Part shown: in pieces, positions 19,743-34,220 of the stretch | Layout of the letters: every line of letters begins with the position of its first letter | How positions within the stretch are numbered: position 1 is the first letter of the stretch | NCBI GenBank assembly: GCA_051884155.1 | Contig: JBJEVB010000008.1 | Location: 5,745-69,744, forward strand | DNA length: 64,000 nt | Origin: Candidatus Coproplasma sp. | GTDB lineage: Bacteria > Bacillota > Clostridia > Christensenellales > Borkfalkiaceae | Direction of reading: 5' to 3' | Notes under the pieces: model-generated | Told to the model about the DNA's origin: nothing | The model's database searches: none | Seen by the model: only the letters and a program-made list of their open reading frames with translations | Program-made: the position numbers and the translations under genes

Positions 19743-21014
19743 ATGAAAGAATTAAAACTTGACAGCTTGTGCGTTCAGGCAGGTTATTCCCCCAAGACGG
19801 GCGAAAGCAGAATACCCCCTATCTGCCAGTCGACCACCTTTTTCTACGGCGACACGCAGGAAATGGCTGACTGCTTTGACTTAAAGAGCGACGGGTACTT
19901 CTATTCCCGACTCGCTAACCCCACCGTTGCCGCGTTAGAAGGCAAGGTTGCCGCGTTAGAAGGCGGCGTTGCGGCTGTGGGCTGCGCTTCGGGTATGAGC
20001 GCGACTACGCTTGCGGCGTTCACCGTTGCTGGCGCCGGCGATAACGTAGTTATCTCTCAGGCTTGCTACGGCGGTACGTTCAACCTTTTCGGCACGACCC
20101 TGCCTAAGCTTGGCATAGAGTGCAGGTTCTTTAACCCCGACGACAACGCCGAAGAGATTGAAAAGCTCATAGACGATAAAACTAAGTTTATCTTCTGCGA
20201 GACGGTTGCTAACCCTTCTATCGTCGTTTTGGACTTCGATAAGATTGCTTCAATCTGCAAAAAGCACGAGTTGCTATTTCTTGTCGACAACACCTTAGCA
20301 ACCCCTGCTCTCTGCCGCCCGAAGGAATTTGGCGCAAATATCGTCATTCACTCGTCCACCAAGTACTTAGACGGTCACGCGGCGGCGCTCGGCGGTATGA
20401 TAGTCGATTTGGGCAACTTTAATTTTAAGGGCAACCCCAGATACGCATCTATGAATATCCCCGACGAGAGCTATCACGGCTTGGTTTATGCCGACCTGCC
20501 CGTAGCCTTTGCAACCAAGTGCAGGGCGCAGATGATTAGGGATATCGGCGCTATTATGGCGCCTATGAACGCATATATAACCTATCTTGGCTGCGACACT
20601 TTGGCTCTTCGTATGGCAAGACATTCTTCCAACGCTAAAACGGTTGCCGAATACCTTAGCAAGCACCCCAAGATTGAATGGGTTAAGCACGCGTCATTGC
20701 CCGATAATAAGTACCACGCTTTGGCACAAAAGTATTTACCCAACGGTCAGGGCGGCATGATGAGCTTCGGCATAAAGGGCGACGTTAAAAAGTGCGCAAC
20801 CTTTATGGAAGCTTTACAGATGATTACGCAGGAAACGCACGTTGCAGACGTAAGAAGCTGTGTGCTTCACCCTGCTTCCACCACTCACCGCCAGCTCTCT
20901 AAGGAAGATTTAGTCAAGGCAGGCGTACCCGAAAACCTTGTACGCCTTTCCGTCGGCATTGAAAACCCCGACGACATTATCGCCGACTTAGAGCAGGCTT
21001 TGGCAAAGATTTAA
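19743..21014 (+). CDS. metY: O-acetylhomoserine sulfhydrylase (PLP-dependent)
   Basis: Cys/Met-metabolism PLP family; HSSTKYLDGH carries the PLP lysine. Confidence 0.9.
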   Translation: MKELKLDSLCVQAGYSPKTGESRIPPICQSTTFFYGDTQEMADCFDLKSDGYFYSRLANPTVAALEGKVAALEGGVAAVGCASGMSATTLAAFTVAGAGDNVVISQACYGGTFNLFGTTLPKLGIECRFFNPDDNAEEIEKLIDDKTKFIFCETVANPSIVVLDFDKIASICKKHELLFLVDNTLATPALCRPKEFGANIVIHSSTKYLDGHAAALGGMIVDLGNFNFKGNPRYASMNIPDESYHGLVYADLPVAFATKCRAQMIRDIGAIMAPMNAYITYLGCDTLALRMARHSSNAKTVAEYLSKHPKIEWVKHASLPDNKYHALAQKYLPNGQGGMMSFGIKGDVKKCATFMEALQMITQETHVADVRSCVLHPASTTHRQLSKEDLVKAGVPENLVRLSVGIENPDDIIADLEQALAKI

Positions 21015-21100
21015 TTATCAATTAAAAACTATACACCTGACCACACCTTTGCGTTGGTTTGGTCAGGCGTTTTACTTTGAGAAAACGGAAAAGAAAGATT

Positions 21101-22009
21101 ATGCCTATCGTTATTGATAAACAACTTCCTGCATATTCCATATTAACAGGCGAAAGAATTTTCGTAATGGATAAAGACAGGGCAAGCTTACAGGACATTC
21201 GCCCCATAGAGATTGCCATATTGAACCTTATGCCCACCAAGGAGACGACGGAAACGCAGTTTATGAGACTACTCTCCAACTCGCCCTTGCAGGTAAACGT
21301 TACCTTAGTGCGCACCGCAAGCTATAACCCCACCCACACCGGTCAGGATTACTTGGACAGGTTTTACAAGGGCTTTGATGAAATAGTAAACAAAAAGTTC
21401 GACGGTATGATTATAACGGGTGCGCCCGTAGAAGATATGGAATTTGAGAGCGTTGCCTATTGGGACGAATTAGTCAAGATTTTTGAGTGGACTAAGACCA
21501 ACGTAACTTCTACCCTGTTCATCTGCTGGGGCGCACAGGCGGCGTTGCACTATTTCTACGGAATTAAGAAGTACCGCCTTAAGGAAAAGTGCTTTGGCAT
21601 TTTTGCCCATCAGCGCATTTTCGACGGCGAGATAGAACCGCTTATGCGCGGTATTTCCGACGAGTTCCATATGCCGCACTCAAGGCATACCATCATCTAC
21701 GCAGACGACATTAAAAAGTGCGATAACCTTAAAATTCTTGCCTATTCAAAACGGGCAGGCGCAAGCATAATTAAGAGCAGGGACAACAGGCAGGTGTTCG
21801 TGACGGGACATATGGAATACGACAGGGACACCTTAAAACGCGAATACGAGCGCGATAAGGCAAAGGGCTTACCCATTAAACCGCCCGCAAACTACTTTGC
21901 GGATAAGGAGATGACTAAGGTTAAGATGAATTGGTCGTCCACTTCTAATCTGTTCTACATTAACTGGCTTAACTACTACGTATATCAGGTTACGCCTTAC
22001 GTATTATAA
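21101..22009 (+). CDS. metA: Homoserine O-acyltransferase, MetA family
   Basis: MPIVIDKQLPA...IRPIEIAILNLMP... is a MetA N-terminus. ATG 21101 is preferred over the ORF-track start at 21059. Confidence 0.9.
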   Translation: MPIVIDKQLPAYSILTGERIFVMDKDRASLQDIRPIEIAILNLMPTKETTETQFMRLLSNSPLQVNVTLVRTASYNPTHTGQDYLDRFYKGFDEIVNKKFDGMIITGAPVEDMEFESVAYWDELVKIFEWTKTNVTSTLFICWGAQAALHYFYGIKKYRLKEKCFGIFAHQRIFDGEIEPLMRGISDEFHMPHSRHTIIYADDIKKCDNLKILAYSKRAGASIIKSRDNRQVFVTGHMEYDRDTLKREYERDKAKGLPIKPPANYFADKEMTKVKMNWSSTSNLFYINWLNYYVYQVTPYVL

Positions 22010-22044
22010 TCGGCTATTTAGCGTATTATATTTTGAGGTGACAA

Positions 22045-22980
22045 ATGGTTAAAGCCAAAGAGTTTATTTTGAATATGCTTAAGGGCGGCGCGATAGGCTT
22101 GGCGATGATTATCCCCGGCGTTTCGGGCGGAACGCTTGCCGTGCTACTCGGCGTTTACGACAAGATAATAGAGAGCATAAGCGGACTGTTTAAAAGCTTT
22201 AAGAAGAGCTTTACGTTCCTTCTGCCCATTCTGCTCGGCGCGGTGATAGCGTTTGCGGCGCTTTATTATCCCTTAAAGTACGCCCTGCAATACGCACCCT
22301 TCCCCACCATTATGCTGTTTGCAGGCTTTATGCTTGGCAGCTGCCCCGATATGATTTGGGGCGCGAAAAAGGACGGATTTAAAAAGTTTGATATTGCGTC
22401 CGTGCTTATCCCCCTTGCAGTAGTTATCGGTATTTGCTTTATACCTAATATGGGCAACGTAGACTTGAGCTCGGCTATGCCCTGGCACGGATACTTAGTG
22501 CTTGCCGTAATGGGCGTTTTAGCGAGCTGTGCGCTCGTCGTGCCTGGTATAAGCGGCTCTATGCTAATGCTGATTTTCGGATATTACGAGCCGTTGCTTG
22601 GCATGATTTCAGCTTTAAGGACGGACTTTGGTCATTCCGTTTTAGTGCTTGCAATCTTCGCCTTAGGCGTTGTGGTCGGCTTCTTTACGATAGCTAAGCT
22701 TATGAAGCTTTTATTAAACAAGTACCGTCGCTCTACAATGTGGGCAATCGTGGGATTCGTGCTTGGCTCTATCCCTGCGGTTATAATAACCTTCTTCCAC
22801 GAATACGGCGTAGCTTATTTGGATACTTTGCAGATTTGTTTAGGCGTGGCAACCTTTATAATAGGCGGCGTGGCAACGTTTTTTATTGCACGCTTTGCCG
22901 CAAAGAAAAATGCTGAAAAGCTTGAAACGGTTGAGACGACTGAAACAGCCCAAATATCGGACGATAAACCGCAAGAATAA
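22045..22980 (+). CDS. DUF368-family membrane protein
   Basis: IIPGVSGGTLAVLLGVYD and VPGISGSMLMLIFGYY are duplicated DUF368 signatures. Confidence 0.8.
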   Translation: MVKAKEFILNMLKGGAIGLAMIIPGVSGGTLAVLLGVYDKIIESISGLFKSFKKSFTFLLPILLGAVIAFAALYYPLKYALQYAPFPTIMLFAGFMLGSCPDMIWGAKKDGFKKFDIASVLIPLAVVIGICFIPNMGNVDLSSAMPWHGYLVLAVMGVLASCALVVPGISGSMLMLIFGYYEPLLGMISALRTDFGHSVLVLAIFALGVVVGFFTIAKLMKLLLNKYRRSTMWAIVGFVLGSIPAVIITFFHEYGVAYLDTLQICLGVATFIIGGVATFFIARFAAKKNAEKLETVETTETAQISDDKPQE

Positions 22981-22997
22981 ATTAATTAAAACTACAT

Positions 22998-23033
22998 TAG
23001 CCCGCACATATGTGCGGGCTAATTCATTTTTTT
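22998..23033 (+). terminator. Intrinsic terminator
   Basis: TAGCCCGCACA-TA-TGTGCGGGCTA followed by a T-rich tail. Confidence 0.75.
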
Positions 23034-23040
23034 AGGTTAA

Positions 23041-23135
23041 ATTTAAGGTGATAATTTAATTCAAACTCTATCGTCACGAGCTTTGGCTCGTGGCACTTTC
23101 CCTATTCTTTAGGGAAAGCAAGATTAAGGTGCAAA
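23041..23135. repeat. Copy A of a ~90-nt repeated intergenic element
   Basis: Shares TCAAACTCTnTCGTC, the hairpin CyTTCCCTA-5 nt-TAGGGAArG and GCAAGAyTAAGGT with 39781-39868. Confidence 0.6.
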
Positions 23136-23136
23136 A

Positions 23137-23469
23137 TTAATTATTGAGAGACCCTTTTACGTTTTTACAGCAGGCTGAAATAATCTGCAAACACTCGTCT
23201 AAAAGCGAGTTGGCTTCCTTATCAAGCTTCTTCGTTTTGATTGCGTCGTTGATTATAACCGCGCCGTAGTTGAATGCAGAAAACATATTTTTAAGCATAG
23301 GCTGTTGCTTTTCGTACGATTTTCCGCTTACGACGAAATAGTCGTACACCGCCTGTATTTTAACGCCGAGCTCTTTAAACTGAGATACGTTTCTCGTGGC
23401 GGCAATCTCTTCTGCCTTTTTTTGCACCTTATCAAGTAGGTCGCACAGCCTTAAATCTTCAAAATCCAT
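23137..23469 (-). CDS. Hypothetical helical protein
   Basis: 110-aa ORF directly downstream of rpoC. Confidence 0.55.
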   Translation of the reverse strand: MDFEDLRLCDLLDKVQKKAEEIAATRNVSQFKELGVKIQAVYDYFVVSGKSYEKQQPMLKNMFSAFNYGAVIINDAIKTKKLDKEANSLLDECLQIISACCKNVKGSLNN

Positions 23470-23525
23470 ATCTAACCTTTTTTAAAGGGGGAGACTTAAA
23501 TCTCCCCCCTTAGTTTTATTTTAAG

Positions 23526-27230
<3,705 letters not shown>

Positions 27231-27246
27231 TTACATTACCTCCCGC

Positions 27247-30200
27247 TTAGTCGTTATCCTCGTCGTCTTCATCGAACAACGTGAACTTGTCGCCCAAGTC
27301 GTCGTCGCCGAAATCGTCCATATCGTCGTCGCTGAACAAGTCTTTGCCGCTGAATTCGTCTTCGTCGTCGCCTTCGTCAAACAGCGAGATATCGCCGAAC
27401 TCTTCGTCGTCTTCTTCGCTGTGAGCAGTGAGCTCCAACTCTTCTTCGGGAATTTCCTTTTCCTTGTCTTCCTGCTCCCTTGCCTTTGCGTTGGGAATAG
27501 CTTCGTCGTCTTCGTCAAGCTCGTGAATGATAAGCTCTTCACCGCTTTCGGTGAGTACCTTAACGTCGAGTGCGAGCGACTGAAGTTCCTTTAAGAGCAC
27601 CTTGAAAGCTTCGGGGATACCGGGTTCGGAAATATTGTTGCCCTTAACGATTGATTCGTAGGTCTTTACACGACCGACGATATCGTCTGACTTAACGGTA
27701 AGAATTTCCTGCAAGATGTGCGCTGCACCGTAAGCTTCCAACGCCCAAACTTCCATTTCACCGAAACGCTGACCGCCGAACTGAGCTTTACCGCCAAGTG
27801 GCTGCTGAGTTACCAAGCTGTAAGGACCGATTGACCTTGCGTGAATCTTATCGTCCACAAGGTGGATAAGTTTAATCATATACTGTACGCCGACGGTTAC
27901 CCTGTTTTCGAAGGGTTCGCCCGTTCTGCCGTCGTACACCTGAATTTTACCGTCGACCGCGCCTTCGGGGTTGACGATGTTGTTCTCTTTGAATAACTGC
28001 TTAATATCCTGCTCGGTTGCACCGTCGAATACGGGGGTTGCAATCTTCCAGCCGAGCTGTTTGCAGACCAAACCTAAGTGAACTTCGAGCACCTGACCGA
28101 TGTTCATACGGGAAGGCACGCCCAAGGGGTTCAATAAAATCTGCAAAGGCGTACCGTCTGCAAGGAAGGGCATGTCCGCCTGGGGCAATACCCTTGAGAT
28201 GACGCCCTTGTTACCGTGACGGCCTGCCATCTTATCGCCGACCTGAATCTTTCTCTTCTGTGCGATATATACGCGAACCAACTTAGAAACGCCGGGTGAA
28301 AGCTCGTCTTTGTTCTCTCTGGTGAACACCTTGACGTCTACGACGATACCGCCTTCACCGTGTGGAACTTTTAACGAAGTATCCCTTACTTCCCTTGCCT
28401 TATCACCGAAGATTGCACGGAGAAGTCTCTCTTCGGGGGTAAGCTCGGTTTCGCCCTTAGGGGTAACCTTACCGACGAGAATATCGCCGGGGTGAACTTC
28501 CGCACCGATACGGATAATACCGTTTTCGTCCAAATCTTTAAGTGCGTCTTCGCCGACGTTGGGAATGTCGCGGGTAATCTCTTCAGGTCCTAACTTGGTG
28601 TCCCTTGCTTCGGTTTCGTGTTCTTCGATATGGATAGAAGTGAACACGTCGTCCTGAACGAGCTTTTCGGAAATGAGGATTGCGTCTTCGTAGTTGTAGC
28701 CTTCCCATTCCATATAGCCGATTAAGATATTCTTACCGAGTGCAAGCTCGCCGTTGCTGGTTGCAGGACCGTCGGCAATGATTTCGTTCTTTTCAACCCT
28801 GTCGCCCGTGTTGACGATAGGTCTCTGGTTCAAGCAGGTGTTCTGGTTAGAACGCTCGAACTTCTTTAATTTATATTCGGTGACGAGACCGCTATCTTCC
28901 CTAATCTTAATTAAATCGGAAGTACTGCCGATAACCTGACCGGCTTCCTTAGCGCGTACGATTACGCCGCTGTCGCGTGCGATTGCCGCTTCGATACCCG
29001 TTGCAACGATAGCGTTTTCCGTCTTCATAAGGGGAACTGCCTGACGCTGCATGTTCGAGCCCATCAACGCACGGTTGGTATCGTCGTTTTCAAGGAAGGG
29101 AATAAGCGCGGTTGCAACTGAAACGAGCTGTTTAGGGCTTACGTCCATATAATCCATATGGTCGGGGGTCATCTGGGTGATTAAATCCTGATGGCGGCAG
29201 CCGACGCGGGCGTTGGTAAAGTGACCGTTTTCGTCCAAAGGTTCGTTTGCCTGTGCAACGACGTATTTATCTTCTTCGTCTGCGGTGAGATAGTCAACGT
29301 GGTCGGTTACGGTTGCAATGCCGTTTTCGTCCTTAATAACCTTTCTGTAAGGGCTCATGATAAAGCCGTATTCGTTTACCTTAGAGAAGGTTGCAAGCGA
29401 AGATATAAGACCGATGTTCTGACCTTCGGGGGTTTCGATAGGGCACAATCTGCCGTAATGCGAGTGGTGAACGTCACGGACTTCGAAGGTCGCTCTGTCA
29501 CGGTTTAAACCGCCGGGACCGAGCGCGGAAAGCTTACGCTTGTGGGTGAGCTCTGCCGCAGGGTTGGTCTGGTCCATGAACTGAGAGAGCTGAGACGAAC
29601 CGAAGAATTCCCTGATAACTGCCGATACGGGACGAACGTTTACAAGACCCGAAGGGGTAACTTCCATTGCGTCCTGAGTTGCCATTCTCTCTTTGATGAG
29701 CTTTTCCAAACGGGAAATACCTATACGAAGCTGGTTGGTCAAGAGCTCGCCGACCGAACGTACGCGGCGGTTGCCCAAGTGGTCGATATTGTCGATAGTG
29801 CCGATGCCGTACTGCAAATCGATGTTTGAAGAGATTGCGGCAACGATATCGTCTACCGTGATGTGCTTGTGGCACAATTTTTCGATGATGGGCTTAATGG
29901 TCTTCTTTTCGTCGGAATCAAGCGCTTCCTTATCGCTTGCAAGAAGTGCAACGAACGCCTTACATGCTTCAACGAACTTAATTCTCTGGTCGCGGCGTTT
30001 TTCGCGGTTCTTCTTCTCTTCGGGCTTTTCGTCTTCGGTTTCTTCGACTTCAACCGTGTAGTAAAGTGCGTTAATCCTATCCATATACTTTGCGGCAACT
30101 TCTTCGCAGGAAGCGGTTTCACATTCCTTAGCAATCTCGTTGCAGAATACGAAGTTAGGATAATATACGGTGGGAAGAAGCCCGAAAATCTTGGGGTTCT

Positions 30201-31281
30201 TATCGGAAAGAGCTGACCAATTTACGCTGTAGTTACCGATAATCTTGTGCTTGATTTCGCCCTGCTCGGGGTCGTTAACCCATACGCGGACTGCGTTAGC
30301 ACCGTCGATATTTACGCCTGCGTCCTGAATTTTAACAGCCAACTCTTCGGATACGATTTCGCCTGCGGAAGCAATAATTTCGCCCGTTTCAGGGTTTAAC
30401 ACGTCTTCAGCAAGCTTGCAGCCGGGAAGACGGTAAGCCAAGTTGAGCTTTTTGTTGAACTTATATCTACCGACCTTAACTACGTCGTAACGTCTGGGGT
30501 CGAAGAATAAGTTGTTAAGGTGCTGCCTTACGGAAGCTTCGGTGGGAACTTCGCCGGGGCGGAGCTTTCTGTAAAGCTCTACCAAGCCGTCGCCTTCGGA
30601 CTTAGTGGTATCCTTTGCGATAGTGTTCTTTATCATCTTGTCGGAATCGAACAAGTCTAATAAGTACTTATCGGAACCAAAGCCCAAAGCCCTTAAAAGT
30701 ACGGTAGAGCAGATTTTACGCTTTCTGTCTACATGTACCCACTGAACGCCCTGTGCGTCCTGCTCGAACTCAAGCCAAGCACCCCTGTTGGGAATAACGG
30801 TCGTGCCGTACATTTCCTTACCGGTCTTATCCCTTTCCATAGCGTTGTAGCTGCCGGGAGAACGGACGAGCTGAGATACGATTACACGCTCTGCGCCGTT
30901 GATGATGAACGAACCTGAATCGGTCATCTTGGGGAAATCGCCCATAAAGACGTCGGATTCGATAATTTCGTCCTTAACTTTGTTGACAAGCCTTACCCTA
31001 ACGTGAAGGGGAAGAGCATAGGTTGCGTCGCGGTTGCGGCACTCCTTCTCGTCATACTTAGGTTTTTCGTCAAACCAGTGGTCGAGGAAGTACAATTCGA
31101 AGTGGTCCGAATAGTCGGTAATGGGCGAGAAATCTTCAAAGACTTCGCCTATACCTTCCTCAATGAAAGTGCGATAGCTCGCTTTCTGAATCTCAACCAA
31201 GTCAGGAATGTCGATGACTTCGTTAATCTTGCCGAACTTACGCCTTTCGGTCTTGCCATACTTGTGAATCGGTAAATTCAT
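27247..31281 (-). CDS. rpoB: RNA polymerase beta subunit (with internal insertion and acidic C-terminal tail)
   Basis: [29 protein letters not shown] and [15 protein letters not shown] blocks. 1344 aa. Confidence 0.98.
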   Translation of the reverse strand: MNLPIHKYGKTERRKFGKINEVIDIPDLVEIQKASYRTFIEEGIGEVFEDFSPITDYSDHFELYFLDHWFDEKPKYDEKECRNRDATYALPLHVRVRLVNKVKDEIIESDVFMGDFPKMTDSGSFIINGAERVIVSQLVRSPGSYNAMERDKTGKEMYGTTVIPNRGAWLEFEQDAQGVQWVHVDRKRKICSTVLLRALGFGSDKYLLDLFDSDKMIKNTIAKDTTKSEGDGLVELYRKLRPGEVPTEASVRQHLNNLFFDPRRYDVVKVGRYKFNKKLNLAYRLPGCKLAEDVLNPETGEIIASAGEIVSEELAVKIQDAGVNIDGANAVRVWVNDPEQGEIKHKIIGNYSVNWSALSDKNPKIFGLLPTVYYPNFVFCNEIAKECETASCEEVAAKYMDRINALYYTVEVEETEDEKPEEKKNREKRRDQRIKFVEACKAFVALLASDKEALDSDEKKTIKPIIEKLCHKHITVDDIVAAISSNIDLQYGIGTIDNIDHLGNRRVRSVGELLTNQLRIGISRLEKLIKERMATQDAMEVTPSGLVNVRPVSAVIREFFGSSQLSQFMDQTNPAAELTHKRKLSALGPGGLNRDRATFEVRDVHHSHYGRLCPIETPEGQNIGLISSLATFSKVNEYGFIMSPYRKVIKDENGIATVTDHVDYLTADEEDKYVVAQANEPLDENGHFTNARVGCRHQDLITQMTPDHMDYMDVSPKQLVSVATALIPFLENDDTNRALMGSNMQRQAVPLMKTENAIVATGIEAAIARDSGVIVRAKEAGQVIGSTSDLIKIREDSGLVTEYKLKKFERSNQNTCLNQRPIVNTGDRVEKNEIIADGPATSNGELALGKNILIGYMEWEGYNYEDAILISEKLVQDDVFTSIHIEEHETEARDTKLGPEEITRDIPNVGEDALKDLDENGIIRIGAEVHPGDILVGKVTPKGETELTPEERLLRAIFGDKAREVRDTSLKVPHGEGGIVVDVKVFTRENKDELSPGVSKLVRVYIAQKRKIQVGDKMAGRHGNKGVISRVLPQADMPFLADGTPLQILLNPLGVPSRMNIGQVLEVHLGLVCKQLGWKIATPVFDGATEQDIKQLFKENNIVNPEGAVDGKIQVYDGRTGEPFENRVTVGVQYMIKLIHLVDDKIHARSIGPYSLVTQQPLGGKAQFGGQRFGEMEVWALEAYGAAHILQEILTVKSDDIVGRVKTYESIVKGNNISEPGIPEAFKVLLKELQSLALDVKVLTESGEELIIHELDEDDEAIPNAKAREQEDKEKEIPEEELELTAHSEEDDEEFGDISLFDEGDDEDEFSGKDLFSDDDMDDFGDDDLGDKFTLFDEDDEDND

Positions 31282-31716
31282 TAAACGGTTTTACTCCTTT
31301 ACTTTGTTCTATCACGTGTTTGGCGATTATGCGTATATATCTTTTCACCGCAAAAAATCTAACGTTACCAAATTTAAATCGGGTTTGGGTCGAAATAAAA
31401 ATTTTTCAACCGTCTTGACAAAATTCCGCCGCAAAAAAATTTTTTTGCTTGAAAGAATTATGTCCACGCCCTTTACATTTTATATTATATAGTGTATAAT
31501 TTTAATGCAAATGCGACTTGATTTGCCCACGATTTTGCCCTGAACGATAAGGTAAAATAGGCAAAAAGGGCATAAAACGCATTGTAATATAGGTTAAATT
31601 ATATTACTTATAAAACTTGCTGTCAAGTCATTTTTTTTATTTTGCAAATTTAATTTTAAAAAGCCCCTTTTAAGGTTAAAAACATACCTTAAAAACGGCT
31701 TAAAAAGATAGGTATT

Positions 31717-31959
31717 ATGCGTATTGATAAATTTTTAAAGGTTTCCCGTATACTTAAAAGGCGCACTGTGGCAAGAGAAGCCTGCGACGGCGGTAAGGTG
31801 ATTATTAACGGCAGAGAAGTTAAGCCGTCCCACCAAATAAAAGTCGGCGACGTGGTTGAGATTGACTACGCTACGGGTGTGTTAAAGTTTAAAATATTAG
31901 AGATTAAAGAGACCGTTAAAAAGGACGAAGCCGCATCTCTTTACGAGATAATTTCATAG
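31717..31959 (+). CDS. S4-domain RNA-binding protein (Hsp15/YabO/RqcP-like)
   Basis: MRIDKFLKVSRILKRRTVA...INGREVKPS is an S4 fold. 80 aa. Confidence 0.8.
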   Translation: MRIDKFLKVSRILKRRTVAREACDGGKVIINGREVKPSHQIKVGDVVEIDYATGVLKFKILEIKETVKKDEAASLYEIIS

Positions 31960-31974
31960 GCGGAGAAAAGAGCG

Positions 31975-33045
31975 ATGAAATTAAACTACAAGAAAGGCGA
32001 TTTGAAAGCCGTTAACTTTCTGGCACTACTTGTCGCAGGCGCAATCAACGCTTGCGGCGTAACGCTGTTGCTTGCCCCCGTCGGGCTGTACGACAGCGGC
32101 GTTTCAGGTCTTGCAATGTTTTTGGATATGCTCGTTTCGGTTGTACCGCTATGGGCGTGGCTGATTATAATAAACTTCCCCATCTTCTTATTCGGTATGA
32201 AAAAGCAGGGCTTGGCGTTTACAGTCTATTCACTGTTCGCAATCGCCGTCTACTCGCTTTTTTCGCTGCTGTTTCAAAACATAATCCCCGTCTTTGTACC
32301 CGACTTTTTTACAAACGGCTCGCCAATCGTCGGCAACGAAGCCGTGCTTTGCTGTGTGTTCGGCGGTGTTCTCTCGGGCATTGGCAGCGGCATAACCATA
32401 CGCTTTGGCGGCGCTATGGACGGTATGGAAACGCTTGGCGTTATCTTTGCAAAAAGGCTTAATTTAACCGTTGGAAATTTCGTTATGATTTTTAACGTTA
32501 TATTATATCTCGTAATAGGCGTAACGGTGGTAAGCACGGGCAAGGGCGATTTTTCCATTCCGCTTTATTCGATTATCGCATACTTTATAAACAGCAAGGC
32601 GGTTGACTTTATAACCTTAGGTCTTGACCAAGCAAAGGGAGCTTTGATTATTACCGCCGAATACGATACGGTCGCTCCCGCCCTTTCGGAAGAATTCGGC
32701 AGGGGATTGACGGTATTGGACGGCAAGGGCTTTTATTCGCAAACCGACAAAAAGGTCATTTATTGCGTGGTCAACCGCTTCCAGCTACATAGACTGCGTA
32801 CGGTTGTATCCCGTTGCGACAAGCACGCCTTCGTAACCATTATGGACATAACCGACGTGTTCGGAACGTCAATCAAAAACAGCAGAGCCGTAGAAAAGAA
32901 ACGTGCAGAGCAATTGCGCAAATCAAAGGCGAATAGCGAAAATACAACGGGCAAGGACGAAATTATAGCCGAGCTTGCAGTAAGCGATACAAAAAAGGAT
33001 ATTTCAAACGCAACGCCTGTTAAAGACGGAGAAAATGAATTATGA
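31975..33045 (+). CDS. YitT-family membrane protein with DUF2179 C-terminal domain
   Basis: Five or six TM spans followed by a soluble domain (VIYCVVNRFQLHRLRTVV...VTIMDITDVFG). Confidence 0.75.
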   Translation: MKLNYKKGDLKAVNFLALLVAGAINACGVTLLLAPVGLYDSGVSGLAMFLDMLVSVVPLWAWLIIINFPIFLFGMKKQGLAFTVYSLFAIAVYSLFSLLFQNIIPVFVPDFFTNGSPIVGNEAVLCCVFGGVLSGIGSGITIRFGGAMDGMETLGVIFAKRLNLTVGNFVMIFNVILYLVIGVTVVSTGKGDFSIPLYSIIAYFINSKAVDFITLGLDQAKGALIITAEYDTVAPALSEEFGRGLTVLDGKGFYSQTDKKVIYCVVNRFQLHRLRTVVSRCDKHAFVTIMDITDVFGTSIKNSRAVEKKRAEQLRKSKANSENTTGKDEIIAELAVSDTKKDISNATPVKDGENEL

Positions 33046-34220
33046 AGATAAGCGTTATAGTATGTGCCGCAGGCAAGGGCGAAAGGGCAGGTTTTAACAA
33101 AAACAAGCTTTTAGTACCGCTCAACGGTGCGCCTGCATTGCACTACACCCTATCCGCATTCGACGAGTTCGATTGCGAATATACGGGGGGCAAGCTTGAA
33201 AAAATAGCCGTGTGCAGCGAGAACGATTGCGAGACGAGAAAGTTTTGTCAAGCCTACGGCTGGCAGGTTGTGACGGGCGGCGAAACGAGAACGGAAAGCG
33301 TATATAACGCGTTAAAAGCCGTAACGGGCGATATAGTTTTAATCCACGACGGCGCACGCCCCTTCGTAACCGAAGAGATAATAGAAAGCTGCGTAGAGTG
33401 CGTTAAGGAATACGGCAGCGCAATCTGCGCCACCCCTGCTATCGACACGGTTGCAATAGCTAAGGACGGATTTATAGGCGAAGTACCCCAAAGAAACCGT
33501 GTGTATAACGTGCAAACGCCGCAAGCGTTTTTAACCCGTGAAATAAAAGCCGCGTACGATAAGGCGATTGAAAGCGGCGAAAGCTTTACCGACGACGGCT
33601 CGGTTTACTCCCGTTATATCAAGCCTGCAAAAATCTGCCCCTGCGGTACACAAAGTAACAAAAAGCTGACCTTTAAAGAAGATTTTGAAAACTTTTTTAG
33701 TTACCCCACCGCGCTCTTTTTCGACGAAGAGCAGCCAAAAGTTGGGTTCGGCGTAGACGTCCACGCATTCGGCAAGGAACAAAACTTTATAACGCTGTGC
33801 GGCGTTAAAATACCCTGCGACACGGGGCTTATTGCCCACAGCGACGGCGACGTTGCAGTCCACGCCGTTATGGACGCCCTACTCTCTGCGGCAGGGCTTA
33901 GGGATATAGGCTACTACTTCCCCGACAGCGACGATAAATTTAAGGGTGCGGACAGCATAAAACTGCTTGAAAGGGTTATAGAAATTATTGCCGAAAAGGG
34001 CTTTAAGCCTTTGGGTCTTTCGGTTGCAGTTCAGGCGGAAAAGCCGAGATTGAGTAATTATATCGAGCAGATGGCTGCAAATATTTCCGCCGCAACGGGC
34101 GTTGAACGCGAAGATATTTCGATAACCGCAGGCACTTGCGAAGGACTTGGGTTCGTCGGGCGCAAGCGCGGTATCTGCGTCTACTGCACGGCGGTAATTA
34201 AGGAGATAAAAAATGGCTAA
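33042..34220 (+). CDS. ispDF: Bifunctional IspD/IspF (MEP cytidylyltransferase / MEcPP synthase)
   Basis: N-terminus VIVCAAGKGERAG (IspD). C-terminus GFGVDVHAF...AHSDGDVAVHAVMDALL (IspF). Confidence 0.9.
   Translation: MKISVIVCAAGKGERAGFNKNKLLVPLNGAPALHYTLSAFDEFDCEYTGGKLEKIAVCSENDCETRKFCQAYGWQVVTGGETRTESVYNALKAVTGDIVLIHDGARPFVTEEIIESCVECVKEYGSAICATPAIDTVAIAKDGFIGEVPQRNRVYNVQTPQAFLTREIKAAYDKAIESGESFTDDGSVYSRYIKPAKICPCGTQSNKKLTFKEDFENFFSYPTALFFDEEQPKVGFGVDVHAFGKEQNFITLCGVKIPCDTGLIAHSDGDVAVHAVMDALLSAAGLRDIGYYFPDSDDKFKGADSIKLLERVIEIIAEKGFKPLGLSVAVQAEKPRLSNYIEQMAANISAATGVEREDISITAGTCEGLGFVGRKRGICVYCTAVIKEIKNG

Noticed and set aside
31304-31492. 62-aa + strand ORF in the rpoB upstream region.
   Set aside because: It lies in an AT-rich promoter region, has no RBS, and overlaps the candidate -35 box of the structured-RNA promoter.
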